A DNA stretch of 64,000 bases from Macrostomum hystrix. Lineage: Eukaryota; Animalia; Platyhelminthes. Below are positions 50,801 through 62,814 of the stretch, piece by piece. The notes beneath the pieces were generated by a model. It worked only from the letters and a program-made list of their open reading frames with translations, did no database searches and was not told the origin of the DNA. The translations under genes were made by a program, and so were the position numbers. Position 1 is the stretch's first letter, and each line of letters begins with the position of its first letter. Where the stretch lies: positions 1,426,001 to 1,490,000 of the forward strand of contig CATNEN010000001.1 of NCBI GenBank assembly GCA_950097015.1, in the 5' to 3' direction.

Positions 50801-51600
50801 CTGGACTTTGACGAGGTTGAAGATGCTAGGCAGAAACGGTGAGGGGGAACCTAGCTTAAGCAACCGTAAACACGTCTGTCTCCTCCGGAAATCATCCACT
50901 GCCTCCTGGAATCATCCACTGCCTCCTGGATTCATCCACTGCCTCCTGGAATCATCCACTGCCTCCTCCTGGAATCATCCACTGCCTCCTCCTGGAATCA
51001 TCCACTGCCTCCTGGAATCATCCACTGCCTCCTCCTGGAATCATCCACTGCCTCCTGGAATCATACACTGCCTCCTGGAATCATACACTGCCTCCTGGAA
51101 TCATACACTGCCTCCTGGAATCATACACTGCCTCCTGGAATCATACACTGCCTCCTGGAATCATCTACTGCCTCCTGGAATCATACACTGCCTCCTGGAA
51201 TCATCTACTGCCTTCTGGATTCATCCACTGCCTCCTGGAATCATCTACTGCCTCCTGGAATCATCCACTGACTCCTGGAATCATCCACTGCCTCCTGGAA
51301 TCATCTACTGCCTTCTGGAATCATCCACTGCCTTCTGGAATCATCTACTGCCTTCTGGAATCATCCACTGCCTTCTGGAATCATCCACTGCCTTCTGGAA
51401 TCATCTACTGCCTCCTGGAATCATACACTGCCTCATCCTGGAATCATCCACTGCCTCCTGGAATCATCCACTGCCTCCCGGAATCATCCACTGCCTACTC
51501 TAAGAAATTATGCATACTTTTTACTTAATTTTAATACTTTAATACTTGCAGCTACATCAAGGACATCAACACGATCTACAGTGCATCCATGGAGGATTGA
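47892..51600 (+). CDS. Uncharacterised protein, 9 exons, about 598 aa, with a helical acidic C-terminal half
   Basis: Exons 47892-47980, 48140-48217, 48309-48684, 48753-48884, 49042-49269, 49788-50081, 50161-50382, 50510-50838, 51552-51600. All GT-AG and phase-compatible, 1797 nt, no internal stop. No family recognised. Confidence 0.75.
49666..49738 (+). mobile_element. tRNA-derived SINE head or tRNA pseudogene in intron 5 of the uncharacterised gene
   Basis: A box TAGCCTTAGTGG and B box GGTTCGATTCC at tRNA spacing, but the acceptor and anticodon stems do not pair. Confidence 0.6.
50888..51497. repeat. 20-bp minisatellite (GGAATCATCCACTGCCTCCT) in the last intron of the uncharacterised gene
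   Basis: Tandem units read directly. Confidence 0.96.
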
Positions 51601-52762
51601 TTTAGTTTTTTACTCTTTAATCAGCATATATTTTATTATAATAATGTATAATAACTAACTAATTCTTTACAAAAATTGTTGCATATTTTTGGATTTTAGA
51701 ACTGCAATTAGCAACCCTGTTGAAGATATTACAAGCGTTTTTATATTAGCGACGTAGAACAATTCTTAATGCTGCTGATGAGCGATGATCTTTTTCTTGC
51801 GTCAATAATTTCAAAGCTATACATACTCGTTTATTCTCCAGTAACCTGCATTCTTTGTATTCCTAGATGAACTTCCTAACATTTTGAAGTTTCACTTCCA
51901 GAAGACGCCTAAATTAGAGTGATCAGGTCAATTGTAAACATTTCTTGCTTGTTGCTATTTAAAATGCTTGCTTCTAATCCTTAGCGGACTGTGTAGTCAT
52001 GACTATATACAGAATCAATAATAATAAAATTATTTGCATCAGCCTACAGTAGCACGTCTAAATCTCTCTCGATATATCGTTGCTGACTTGCTTTTGATGA
52101 TGAGGAAGATTAGCAATTAAGCTCATAATAAAAGCTTAAGATTTCTTCACGTGATAAGCGGTGTTGGCTTGACGCCTGTTACACGTTATTGGATTAATCC
52201 AAAGGAACGATAATGTACGCCAACGCTTAAGGAGAGGGAGGCGGGGGTTGGTTCAAAAATAGGGGTGGGGGTTTATTAACGGAACTTGTGCATTTAGGGC
52301 AAGGGGTATAGTGAATGTACATTCGACGCTTGCTGGTAGAATTTTTCTCTCCTCCGCTCCTGCATTTAAGGCTATTCCACACTGCCCCACTGGGTCGATG
52401 GAAAGAGAGAGTTTCGTCCTGGCCTGTAATGTACATTGAGCCGGCCGTAATGTACATTCCCAAAGGAGGTGGAAATTGGGGTGGGAGATTCGCAGGGAAT
52501 GAAGTAATGAAGGGTTTTGAGAGATTGCGAGTATCCGGAGGGGGTCTATAAGAGTCAGCTAAAAACCATCCGCTTTTGGCGACAGCGGCTTTTGCCTGTT
52601 GTGCTTGTGAAAAGAAAAACTACTCGAAATCGCAGCAACAGACGTCTCTATTTTCGCGACGGATCTAATAATACAGAAGCATTAGTTCCTAAGCTTTACT
52701 ACAGAATCTGAGAAGGCTCAACAGAGTTTGTCAAATCGAGAAAGCTTTTTTTTATATACACG

Positions 52763-55700
52763 ATGGCAGCAGCTGCAGCGGAAGCTACTGCTGGTGGCGC
52801 AACTGTTCCCGGGCCAGTTAATTATCCAATTAGCGAATATTATCAGGTAATCGTTTTATTGCTTTTATTTACGTCTGTTTTGTACAGGGGTCGGCAAACT
52901 TAATAATATCAGCATGCGGGCCACTGAGAGAACCTAAAGGACGACAGCGGACCGCGTTGACTGTAGGAATATGAGACAGGGGAGAGATAAGACAGAGAAG
53001 AGATAAGACAGGGTGAGATGAGACAGGGGAGAGATAAGACAGGGGAGAGATATTACGGGATTGATGAGACAGGGATGAGATAAGACACGGGAGGGATCAG
53101 AAAAGGAAGATATGAGACGGGAAAGATGAGAAAGGGAAGATATTAGACACGGAGAGATGAGGCACAGGAGAGATGAGACATGGGGGAGATGAGGCACGGG
53201 AGAGATGAGACACGGGAGAGATGAGACACGGGAGATATGAGACACGGGAGAGATGAGACACGGGAGAGATGAGACACGGGAGAGATGAGACACGGGAGAG
53301 ATGAGACACGGGAGAGATGAGACACGGGAGAGATGAGACACGGGAGAGATGAGACACGGGAGAGATGAGACAGGATACTGTAGGTGTTGGAAGAGGCAAC
53401 GGGCCGGATTTGGGGAGCTTCGAGGGCCGCATCTGGCCCGCGGGCCGGAGTTTGCCGAAATGAGTTTAGCAGTTGAAGCTATAAATAGTAATCGTATACG
53501 TACTAAATTTAAAAGTTTCCATAAAACAGTTTCTTTCTAGTTATAAATTTGTTCGGGTCATGACCCGATGATCATGAGTCATAAATCCTAATTCACAATA
53601 TCTTAACTGAAAGCTGAGATCAAGTTTCCACCCCATTTCAATAGGTGAAACTCATGCAGACGGTGTTTGAAGTTCCTAAGCGTTACACCGACCTATCCTA
53701 TCACGGCTCTGGCGCGTTTAGTTCGGTTGCTAAGGCAACCGACACCGTCTTAAATCGTCGAGTAGCTATTAAAAAGCTGAGCAAGCCTTTCTATGATCCG
53801 GAGTACGCCAAACGAACTTACCGGGAGATGTACATGCTGGCATATATGGATCATCCCAACATCATCTGCCTCATCGACGTGTACTCGCCCCAGCTTGGCC
53901 ACGGAGATCTCAAAGATATCTACCTGGTTACGCCTTGGATGGACGCCGATTTGAGAAGTGTGCTCAAACAGTATAGCAAGCTCAGCGAAGAGCACGTTAG
54001 ATTCTTTGCCTACCAGATGCTGCTGGCTATTCGCTATCTGCACTCGGTGGGCATTCTGCATCGGGATATTAAGCCGGCTAATCTGGCTATCACTGAGGAC
54101 AACGACTTCAAAATATTGGACTTCGGCCTGGCCAGAAAACTGGAGGAACAGCTCACTGGATATGTGGTTACGAGGTGATTTGGGATCTTATGATCTTCTG
54201 GTCTGATTTTCTTAAAATATTTCAGGGACACTACATCCCATCGCTGCCTAACGTGCCTAACGATCCCATCTGTACCTAAAGATCCTATCGCTCGTTTCCC
54301 AAAGATCCCAATCGCTTTCCAAAGATCCCAATCGCTTTCCAAAGATCCCAATCGCTTTCCAAAGATCCCAATCGCTTTCCAAAGATCCCAATCGCTTTCC
54401 AAAGATCCCAATCGCTTTCCAAAGATCCCAATCGCTTTCCAAAGATCCCAATCGCTTTCCAAAGATCCCAATCGCTTTCCAAAGATCCCAATCGCTTTCC
54501 AAAGATCCCAATCGCTTTCCAAAGATCCCAATCGCTTTCCAAAGATCCCAATCGCTTTCCAAAGATCCCAATCGCTTTCCAAAGATCCCAATCGCTTTCC
54601 AAAGATCCCAATCGCTTTCCAAAGATCCTAATCGCTTCCCAAATATCCCAATCGCCTTCCAAATATCCCAATCGCCTTCCAAATATCCCAATCGCTTCCC
54701 AAATATCCCAATCGCCTCCCAAAGATTCCATAGCTCCTAAATTCTAAAATAGAAATATCCTAGTTGTTTCCTGAATCCGCTCTCGTCCGCCTCTTTGCCA
54801 GGTGGTATCGGAGCCCGGAGGTTCTGGTGAACTGGGAGCACTATGGTCTCCCAGTGGACATGTGGGCAGCTGGTTGCGTCATAGGCGAGATGCTGCTAGG
54901 CAAGCCGCTGTTTCCAGGCGAAGACGCACCCGGCCTCATCTTGTTGATGTGCAGAAAGTTGGGCAAGCCATCCGAGGAGATGATGGCCAAGATTCAGAGC
55001 CCGTCAGCTGCTCAGTTCATCAGGGATCTGGATGTTGGCCAGGTGGCGGCCTTCGAGGTTCGTTGCTTCGAATCACTAGCTAAAGTCGGCATTTAAAATC
55101 CCCTCGAGCCTATTTAAATCCTAAAAAATCAACAATCCCTATTAGCCACCAAGATCTCCCATCCAAAGATCCCTCTCATTCTATGATCCCCTCTCATCCT
55201 AAGATCCCCTCTGATCCTAAGATCCCCTCTCATTCTGAGATCCCCTCTGATCCCATAAGATCCCCTCTCATCCTAAGATCCCCTCTCATCCTAAGATCCC
55301 CTCTGATCCTAAGATCCCCTGTCATCCTAAGATCCCCTCTCATCCTAAGATCCCCTCTGATCCTAAGATCCCCTCTCATTCTGAGATCCCCAGAGCTGAT
55401 CCCATAAGATCCCCTCTCATCCTAAGATCCCCTCTGATCCCAAGATCCCCTCTCATTCTGAGATTCCCTCTGATCCCATAAGATCCCCTTCAATTTAATA
55501 TCCCCTCTCATCCTAAGATCCCTCTGATCCTAAGATCCCCTCTCATCCTAAGATCCCCTCTGATCCTAAGATCCCCTCTCATTCTGAGATCCCCAGAGCT
55601 GATCCCATAAGATCCCCTCTCATCCTAAGATCCCCTCTGATCCCAAGATCCCCTCTCATTCTGAGATTCCCTCTGATCCCATAAGATCCCCTTCAATTTA

Positions 55701-56478
55701 ATATCCCCTCTCATCCTAAGATCCCTCTGATCCTAAGATCCCCTCTCATCCTAAGATCCCTCTGATCCTAAGATCCCCTCTCATCCTAAGATCCCCTCTC
55801 ATCCTAAGATCCCCTCTCATCCCATAAGATTCCCTCTCATCCTAAGATCCCCTCTGATCCCATAAGATCCCCTCTGATCCCATAAGATTCCCTCTCATCC
55901 TAAGATCCCCTCTGATCCCAAGATCCCCTCTCATTCTGAGATCCCCTCTGATCCCATAAGATCATATCTCATCCTAAGATCCCCTCTGATCCCATAAGAT
56001 CCCCTCTAATTTAAGATCCCCTCTCATCCTGAGATCTCCTCTCATCCTGAGATCAGAAGATCCTCTCTCATTACCATTATAGCTCAGACCTTCAGATCCC
56101 GCACAAAAACTCTTCGAGAGCTGTTCACAAGAGTCCTTTACTGCCAAATCCCAAATCCCAAATCCTAAATCCTAATCTGCACAGGATCTGTTCCCCGAGT
56201 CCAGTGACGGCATGATCGAGCTGCTGCGCCGACTGTTGCAATTCGACCCGGATAAGCGCGCCACAGCCGATGAAGCTTTGAAGCTGCCGATCTTCGCCGA
56301 GTACGCCACAGAGACAGCCAAGGCGCGGAACCTGCCCAAGGAGCCGTTGAACTGCGACTTCGAGGGACGCAACTACGGCGTAGCCGAGTGGAAGGCCCTG
56401 GTTGAGGCCTTCATGAAATCGTTCGCGCCAAAATTGTCCTCGCTTAGCGCCGATGCCTCCGACGATGAGGAAGCCTAG
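52763..56478 (+). CDS. p38 MAPK: p38-family mitogen-activated protein kinase (divergent), 4 exons, 387 aa
   Basis: Exons 52763-52846, 53645-54174, 54802-55057, 56185-56478; 1164 nt total. VFEVPKRY, VAIKKLSKPF, AKRTYRE, HRDIKPAN, KILDFGLAR, activation loop TGY (LTGYVVTRWYRSPE), NWEHY, DMWAAGC, DPDKR. Confidence 0.95.
52885..53458 (+). mobile_element. hAT/Charlie-type (MER58-like) MITE, 3'-truncated, with an expanded internal 16-bp array, in p38 intron 1
   Basis: 5' TIR CAGGGGTCGGCAAACT; the 3' end GGCCCGCGGGCCGGAGTTTGCCGA lacks the terminal CCCCTG. Non-repeat arms are colinear with the copy at 58781. Confidence 0.85.
54277..54725. repeat. 20-bp minisatellite (AAAGATCCCAATCGCTTTCC), p38 intron 2
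   Basis: About 16 perfect units plus degenerate flanking units. Confidence 0.97.
55150..56055. repeat. 18-bp minisatellite (TAAGATCCCCTCTCATCC), p38 intron 3
   Basis: Tandem units read directly. Confidence 0.95.
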
Positions 56479-56609
56479 GTTAATCCGTGGGGATAATTAT
56501 CCCTTTTGAACTTGCGCCTGCTGATACTTATTCCAGATCTATTAGATCTATTAGGGCTTAAAAATGTGACTTTTTTAATCTTCCAGGATCACAAAATTAT
56601 GGATTAATA

Positions 56610-56860
56610 TTCCGAAATCTGGATTTGGGATTCCGAAATCCTGGATTAGTATTCCGAAATCCTAGATCGGGATTCCGAAATCCTAGGTATTGGGATTCTG
56701 AAATCCTGGATTGGGATTGCGAAATCCTAGATCGGGATTCCGAAATCTGGGATTTAGATTGTGAAATCCTGGATTGGGATTCCGAAATCTGGGATTTGGA
56801 TTGTGAATCTTGTGATTTTGGAATCCTGGATTCTGGATTCGTGATTTTGGGATTTCGATT
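56610..56860. repeat. About 21-bp degenerate array (GGATTGGGATTCCGAAATCCT)
   Basis: Tandem units downstream of the p38 stop. Confidence 0.85.
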
Positions 56861-57662
56861 CAGTGAATCCAAATCGAATAATTCTATATTCCTCCGCCAG
56901 TGCTGTTTTACCTATAATTATTTTAAGGTCTCAAATCTTCATCAGATTTCAAAATCTTGTTTAATGGATCTGAATATAAATTTGTGGGATATGAATTCAA
57001 GACCCCAATATTAGTGTACAGTATATATTATGCTTAATTCTTAGACCTGTTTAAGGTATAGTTTTCATAATGTGCAAAATCCATGAGTGAATATTAGCCT
57101 ATATATATTGAACGCTATTCAAATTTTAACTTGCCGTAAAAACGCATTGAATTTATGAAGTCCATTGCACACAACTATTATGCTTATGATACGGTAAGCG
57201 TACTTTAGAATAGTGGCAAAAAGTGGCGTACTTTAGAAAAGTTTGCATAAAAAGTTGCACCCTTCGAACTAATTAGAAAATGTCACGTTTTGTTTTTATT
57301 AATACAATATTATTACAATGTTACCTTCTAGCTACTTGTTTCGTTTAAATCAGTAGAATATTGCGATTTTTTTTTATTATTGGCATCGATAAGAAAAAAA
57401 TCATGACAGGTTTAGTCCTTATTGGTGAAGATTAAAAAGACACATTCTTGTTATCACTTTTTTTATAGATAGAATCCTGTCTCTTTACTTTGAATATTAA
57501 AGCTTTAATTAAGTTCACAAAACTAACAATCGGACTTTATCGAACCGTCTTTCCAACATACTTTTGTTTAAATCTATCCAATGTAGTTTTTGTATCTTTA
57601 TAAGTTCTAGTTGCTTTCTTATTAAAAAAATGTAATTGCCGATCAAAATGCTTCTCGTATTT

Positions 57663-58362
57663 TGGATTAGAATCCTTGGTTTTGGGATTAGAATCCTTGG
57701 ATTTGGGATTTAAAGCTTGGATTTTAATATTAGAAGCTAGGATTCGGGATAAGAATCCTTGGATTTGGGATTATAATCCTTCGATTCGGGATAAGAATCC
57801 TTTGATTCGGTATTAGAATCCTTCGATTCGGTATAAGAATCCTTGGATTCGGTATTAGAATCCTTCGATTCGGTATAAGAATCCTTGGATTCGGTATAAG
57901 AATCCTTGGATTCGGGATTAGAATCCTTTGATTCGGTATAAGAATCCTACGATTTGGGATTAGAATCTTTCGATTTGGGATTAGAATCCTTGGATTAAGA
58001 TTAAAATCCTTGAATTTGGTATTAGAAGTGGGCTTTGGGATCGGATACTTGAATTTGGGATTATAATCCTTGTATTTGGGATTTAAAGCTAGGATTTTAA
58101 GATTAAAAGCTAGGATTCGGTATAAGAATCCTCGGATTTAGGATTATAATCCATCGATTCGGTATAAGAATCCTTTGATTCGGGATTAGAATCCTTGGAT
58201 TCGGGATTAGAATCCTTCGATTCGGGGTTAGAATCCTTGGATTCGGTATTATAATCCTTCGATTCGGTATAAGAATCCTTGGATTCGGGATTAGAATCCT
58301 TCGATTCGGGATTAGAATCCTTGGATTCGGGATAAGAATCCTTCGATTCGGGATTAGAAGCC
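57663..58362. repeat. 21-bp minisatellite (GGATTCGGTATAAGAATCCTT), internally quasi-palindromic
   Basis: Each unit contains the inverted repeat GGATTC...GAATCC. Confidence 0.93.
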
Positions 58363-58780
58363 AGGATTTGAGATTAGAGTCCTTTTGTGTAGATTTTAAA
58401 ATCGAGATCGTATAATTCACTATGAGATTCTATATTTCCATGATTCGAGAATTTTTTTACCACTTACTAATTCCCCAAATAACTATTATTTTTACAATTT
58501 GTTGCAATATCCTTACCAATCTGCTGACTTCTCACATGGCATTGCTTAATTCCGTATAAACGTTGTATTTATTACGTCTAAATATGACTCAAGCTTTGTT
58601 TACATAGCTTATGTTCATTTCAAATAACATAGAACTATTAGCTCCTGGCCATTGCATTGTGTTCCTACTTCCTACTGTACTAACCAGTCTTGTCCATTAG
58701 AATCGTCCCATTATATAATCGGTTATTTTGCAAATGATTCCTCGAAAATAAGTTCTCTATTTTCGCCGCATCCGATAAAC

Positions 58781-59055
58781 CAGGGGTAGGCAAACTTATT
58801 TGCTGTCGGGCCAAAGAGAGAACCTAAAAGACGACAGCGGGCCGCATTGACTGTATAAATATGAGACACGGGAGAGATGAGACACGGGAGAGATAAGACA
58901 CGGGAGAGATGAGACACGGGAGAGATGAGACACGGGAGAGATGAGACACGGGAGAGATGATACAGGACACTGTAGATGCCAGAAGGGGCAACGGGCCGGA
59001 TTTGGGATCTTCGAGGACCGCATCTGGCCCGCGGGCCGGAGTTTGCCGACCCCTG
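58781..59055 (+). mobile_element. Complete 275-bp hAT/Charlie-type (MER58-like) MITE with 8-bp target-site duplication
   Basis: TIRs CAGGGGTAGGCAAACT and AGTTTGCCGACCCCTG (15/16 match); perfect TSD CGATAAAC at 58773-58780 and 59056-59063; about 6 internal 16-bp units. Confidence 0.93.
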
Positions 59056-59304
59056 CGATAAACGAACCCTAACACAACAGTTTAATTGTAACACCGCTTT
59101 TGTAATATTGTTTGCCTACAATTTCCTTTGTTTGCTTTTATTTATTTAAATTTTTTAATCCCCATCCCCATCACCAAATATTCTATAAAAAAAGATAAAC
59201 CTTTGACTGAAATGAACTATAAATTGTGCACGAAGATTTTGCCAGCAGTTTTTAGTTTCAATATATTTTTTTCCTGTACTTTGACTTAATAAATATTAAT
59301 GTTG

Positions 59305-60073
59305 TTCAGGTTAATAATGACGGCCGGGTGCTCAAGTTTAGGTCGAAGGGTGCTCAGGTTAAAGATGACGGGTGCTCAGGTTAAAGATGACGGGTGCTCA
59401 GGTTAAAGATGACGGGTGCTCAGGTTAAAGGTGAAGTGTGCTCAGGTTAAAGATGACGGGTGCTCAGGTTAAAGATGACGGGTGCTCAGGTTAAGGATGA
59501 CGGGTGCTCAGGTTAAAGATGACGGGTGCTCAGGTTAAAGATGACGGGTGCTCAGGTTAAAGATGAAGGGTGCTCAGGTTAAAGATGAAGGGTGCTCAGG
59601 TTAAAGATGAAGGGTGCTTATAGGTTAAAGATGAAGTGTGCTCAGGTTAAAGATGAAGGGTGCTTATAGGTTAAAGATGAAGTGTGCTCAGGTTAAAGAT
59701 GAAGGGTGCTTATAGGTTAAAGATGAAGTGTGCTCAGGTTAAAGATGAAGGGTGCTTATAGGTTAAAGATGAAGTGTGCTCAGGTTAAAGATGAAGTGTG
59801 CTCAGGTTAAAGATGAAGGGCCGCTCAGGTTAAAGATGAAGGGTGCTCAGGTTAAAGATGAAGGGTGCTCAGGTTAAAGATGACGGGTGCTCAGGTTAAA
59901 GATGAAGGGCCGCTCAGGTTAAAGATGACGGGTGCTCAGGTTAAAGATGACGGGTGCTCAGGTTAAAGATGAAGGGTGCTCAGGTTAAAGATGAAGGGTG
60001 CTCAGGTTAAAGATGAAGGGCCGCTCAGGTTAAAGATGACGGGTGCTCAGGTTAAAGATGAAGGGTGCTCAGG
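59305..60073. repeat. 22-bp minisatellite (GGGTGCTCAGGTTAAAGATGA[C/A])
   Basis: Tandem units read directly. Confidence 0.96.
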
Positions 60074-60766
60074 TCCATAGTGAGTGGTGGTTAGTTTAGG
60101 GTGGGTTGTATGCTGAAAAGTGCCCAGTGTGTACTTTAGTGTATTCTCTACAATTATCGGGTACAGTAAGCTTAAGCTTCGGAGTCCACGAACATATTTT
60201 AAGCAGTGTTAATTGATTGTTTCAGTAATTAATTAAATGGGTAGCTATTTCTAAAAGCGATCATAGCTTGAGTCCAGGCTAGCTATTATGGAAACTCGGA
60301 TTGTCGTCAATGACCCAACTGGAGTCAAATAACAGCAGATACCACAGAATTGTGAATGCTCAAACTGTACTCCAAAGCGCCATATCAGTTTCATATCTTG
60401 CTCAGCGGTAATATTTACTCGTACTAACAACTTTACTTTAAGAACATGCATTGTAGTATTCAGTTCCCACTAGCTATAGGCCACACATTGCATGGCTGTG
60501 TGGGATCTGGGCAGGTGCAGAACACGGTGCTGGATCTATACTATACAGTTTCAGCACCCGGTTAACAAGCATTGAGCACAGGCAGAAGTGCTGTGGTTCT
60601 GCTTCGCATAATAGGCCAGCAACCAAATAACTTGACCCCTGGAGCATCGTGGACAGGAGGGACATTGGGCTGAGCGCCGTTTGATACGATATAGTAGAAA
60701 TAACATTATTAGCTAGTTAGACAAGTGACGTCACTCAATACGAATGACAAACCTTATTGAGAACAA

Positions 60767-61060
60767 TAGGGTAGGAATCTCACCCCTGATAGGGTAGGAA
60801 TCTTACCTCTGATAGAGTAGGAATCTCACCTCTGATAGAGTAGGAATCTCACCTCTGATAGAGTAGGAATCTCACCTCTGATAGAGTAGGAATCTCACCT
60901 CTGATAGAGTAGGAATCTCACCTCTGATAAAGTAGGAATCTCACCTCTGATAGAGTAGGATTCCACCTATGATAGAGTAGGAATCTCACCTCTGATAGAG
61001 TAGGAATCTCACGTCTGATAAAGTAGGATTACACCTATGATAGAGTAGAAATCTCACCCC
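60767..61060. repeat. 23-bp minisatellite (GATAGAGTAGGAATCTCACCTCT)
   Basis: About 12 units. Confidence 0.94.
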
Positions 61061-61454
61061 TAGCCCTGATTGAGTGGGATAATCTCGTTATTTTCCTACA
61101 ATAAGGAAAATCGGAGGAATTTCGGGTATGAAAAGACAAACAAGACAAAAGGAGACAGCAGATTTCGTTAGTAAAAAAGGAGCAAGTTAAGTTTCGCAAT
61201 CCTTTTTGTTTGTTTTATTAGTTTTTGTGCCAACCAGTTTTCTAATTCTCATATTATATGAACGAGAGTTGTAAGGGACCGCATAGAACAGGGCAGAACG
61301 AATTCAGCATGATAAAAAAGAATAAATGGAATAAGTACATTATGTACTAGCATCTACCGCTATACAAAGGCCTGCGACTTGAGGATTTTAGTATCCTTGA
61401 TGATTCAGTATCAGGATCTTGGGGACTTGACTGGGGATCTGTGAGATCCCTCTA

Positions 61455-62040
61455 AGGATCTGGGAGATTTTATCTGAGGATCTGGGATATTTCATCTGAG
61501 GATCTGGGAGATTTTATCAGAGGATCTGGGATATTTCATCTGAGGATCTGGGATATTTCATCTGAGGATCTGGGATATTTCATCTGAGGATCTGGGATAT
61601 TTCATCAGAGGATCTGGGAGATTTCATCTGAGGATCTGGGATATTTCATCTGAGGATCTGGGATATTTCATCAGAGGATCTGGGAGATTTTATCAGAGGA
61701 TCTGGGAGATTTCATCTGAGGATCTGGGATATTTCATCTGAGGATCTGGGATATTTCATCAGAGGATCTGGGATATTTCATCTGAGGATCTGGGATATTT
61801 CATCTGAGGATCTGGGATATTTCATCAGAGGATCTGGGATATTTCATCAGAGGATCTGGGAGATTTCATCTGAGGATCTGGGATATTTCATCTGAGGATC
61901 TGGGAGATTTCATCAGAGGATCTGGGATATTTCATCAGAGGATCTGGGAGATTTCATCAGAGGATCTGGGATATTTCATCTGAGGATCTGGGATATTTCA
62001 TCAGAGGATCTGGGAGATTTTCTCTAAGGATCTGTGAGAT
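61455..62040. repeat. 22-bp minisatellite (GAGGATCTGGGATATTTCATCT)
   Basis: Tandem units read directly. Confidence 0.95.
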
Positions 62041-62814
62041 TTTCTTTCAGGATCTTGGGATTTTTCCTGAGGTTCTGGGAAAGAAAATCTTGGTAACCAA
62101 TGTAACTAGTTGGTTGCTATGGCACATTGGCACACACCAATCAGTCGCAGTTATTTTATAACAAACGAGAAAGAGTTTAGTTATATGCGAGTTTGACTAC
62201 GCGTTCGAGTTACTAAATACAAGTGCTAATTGTAACCAGGAACGACATTTCGAGAAACAATAAGCAATCAGAAAATGTCCTTGGACACAAAAAGGAGCTG
62301 TCAAATGTTTTGTTGTTTTTTTCTTTCTAAAAGTAGTCAATATTCGAACAAAAAAAACAAACAAACAAACAAACAAATCAAATCAACAATCGCAAAAACA
62401 AACAAACAAAAACAGCAAACAACAATGACTGATATTATATAAAAGGATAGTTGATTTGATGACAGTTAACAGACAAGCAAAAACCGATTCTACTTCGTTT
62501 GACAACTATTAAAGAAGCGAGACAAGTGTTAGAAAAGGCAAATACGAAAAATGAACAAGTTGCGATAAATGCTATAAAATAAAAAAATAGATTACAAATA
62601 GATGTAATTGTATATTCGTATTAATTCGACTTCTAAATCTCGCAAATTAAAAGAATAGGCGAGGCATAACCAGAACTGCTAGCTTGAAATAGGCAGAACA
62701 ATTTAAAAGTTGATATTGGTTTCAACAGTTTTATTCAAATTGACTAGCAGAACAATAGCAGTTTCAGCTGGAATAGGGATTTGGAAATATTTGTAGCTAT
62801 TAGTATATTCTAGT

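Noticed and set aside
50839-50842. Stop at 50842 as the end of the uncharacterised gene
   Set aside because: The TGA overlaps a GTGAGG donor, and a phase-compatible terminal exon exists at 51552-51600 after the repeat-filled intron. An unspliced short isoform cannot be excluded.
60251-60680. Moderately GC-rich unique segment with short minus-strand ORFs
   Set aside because: No recognisable protein motif or consistent splice structure. It could be a UTR or decayed element, but this cannot be supported without a search.
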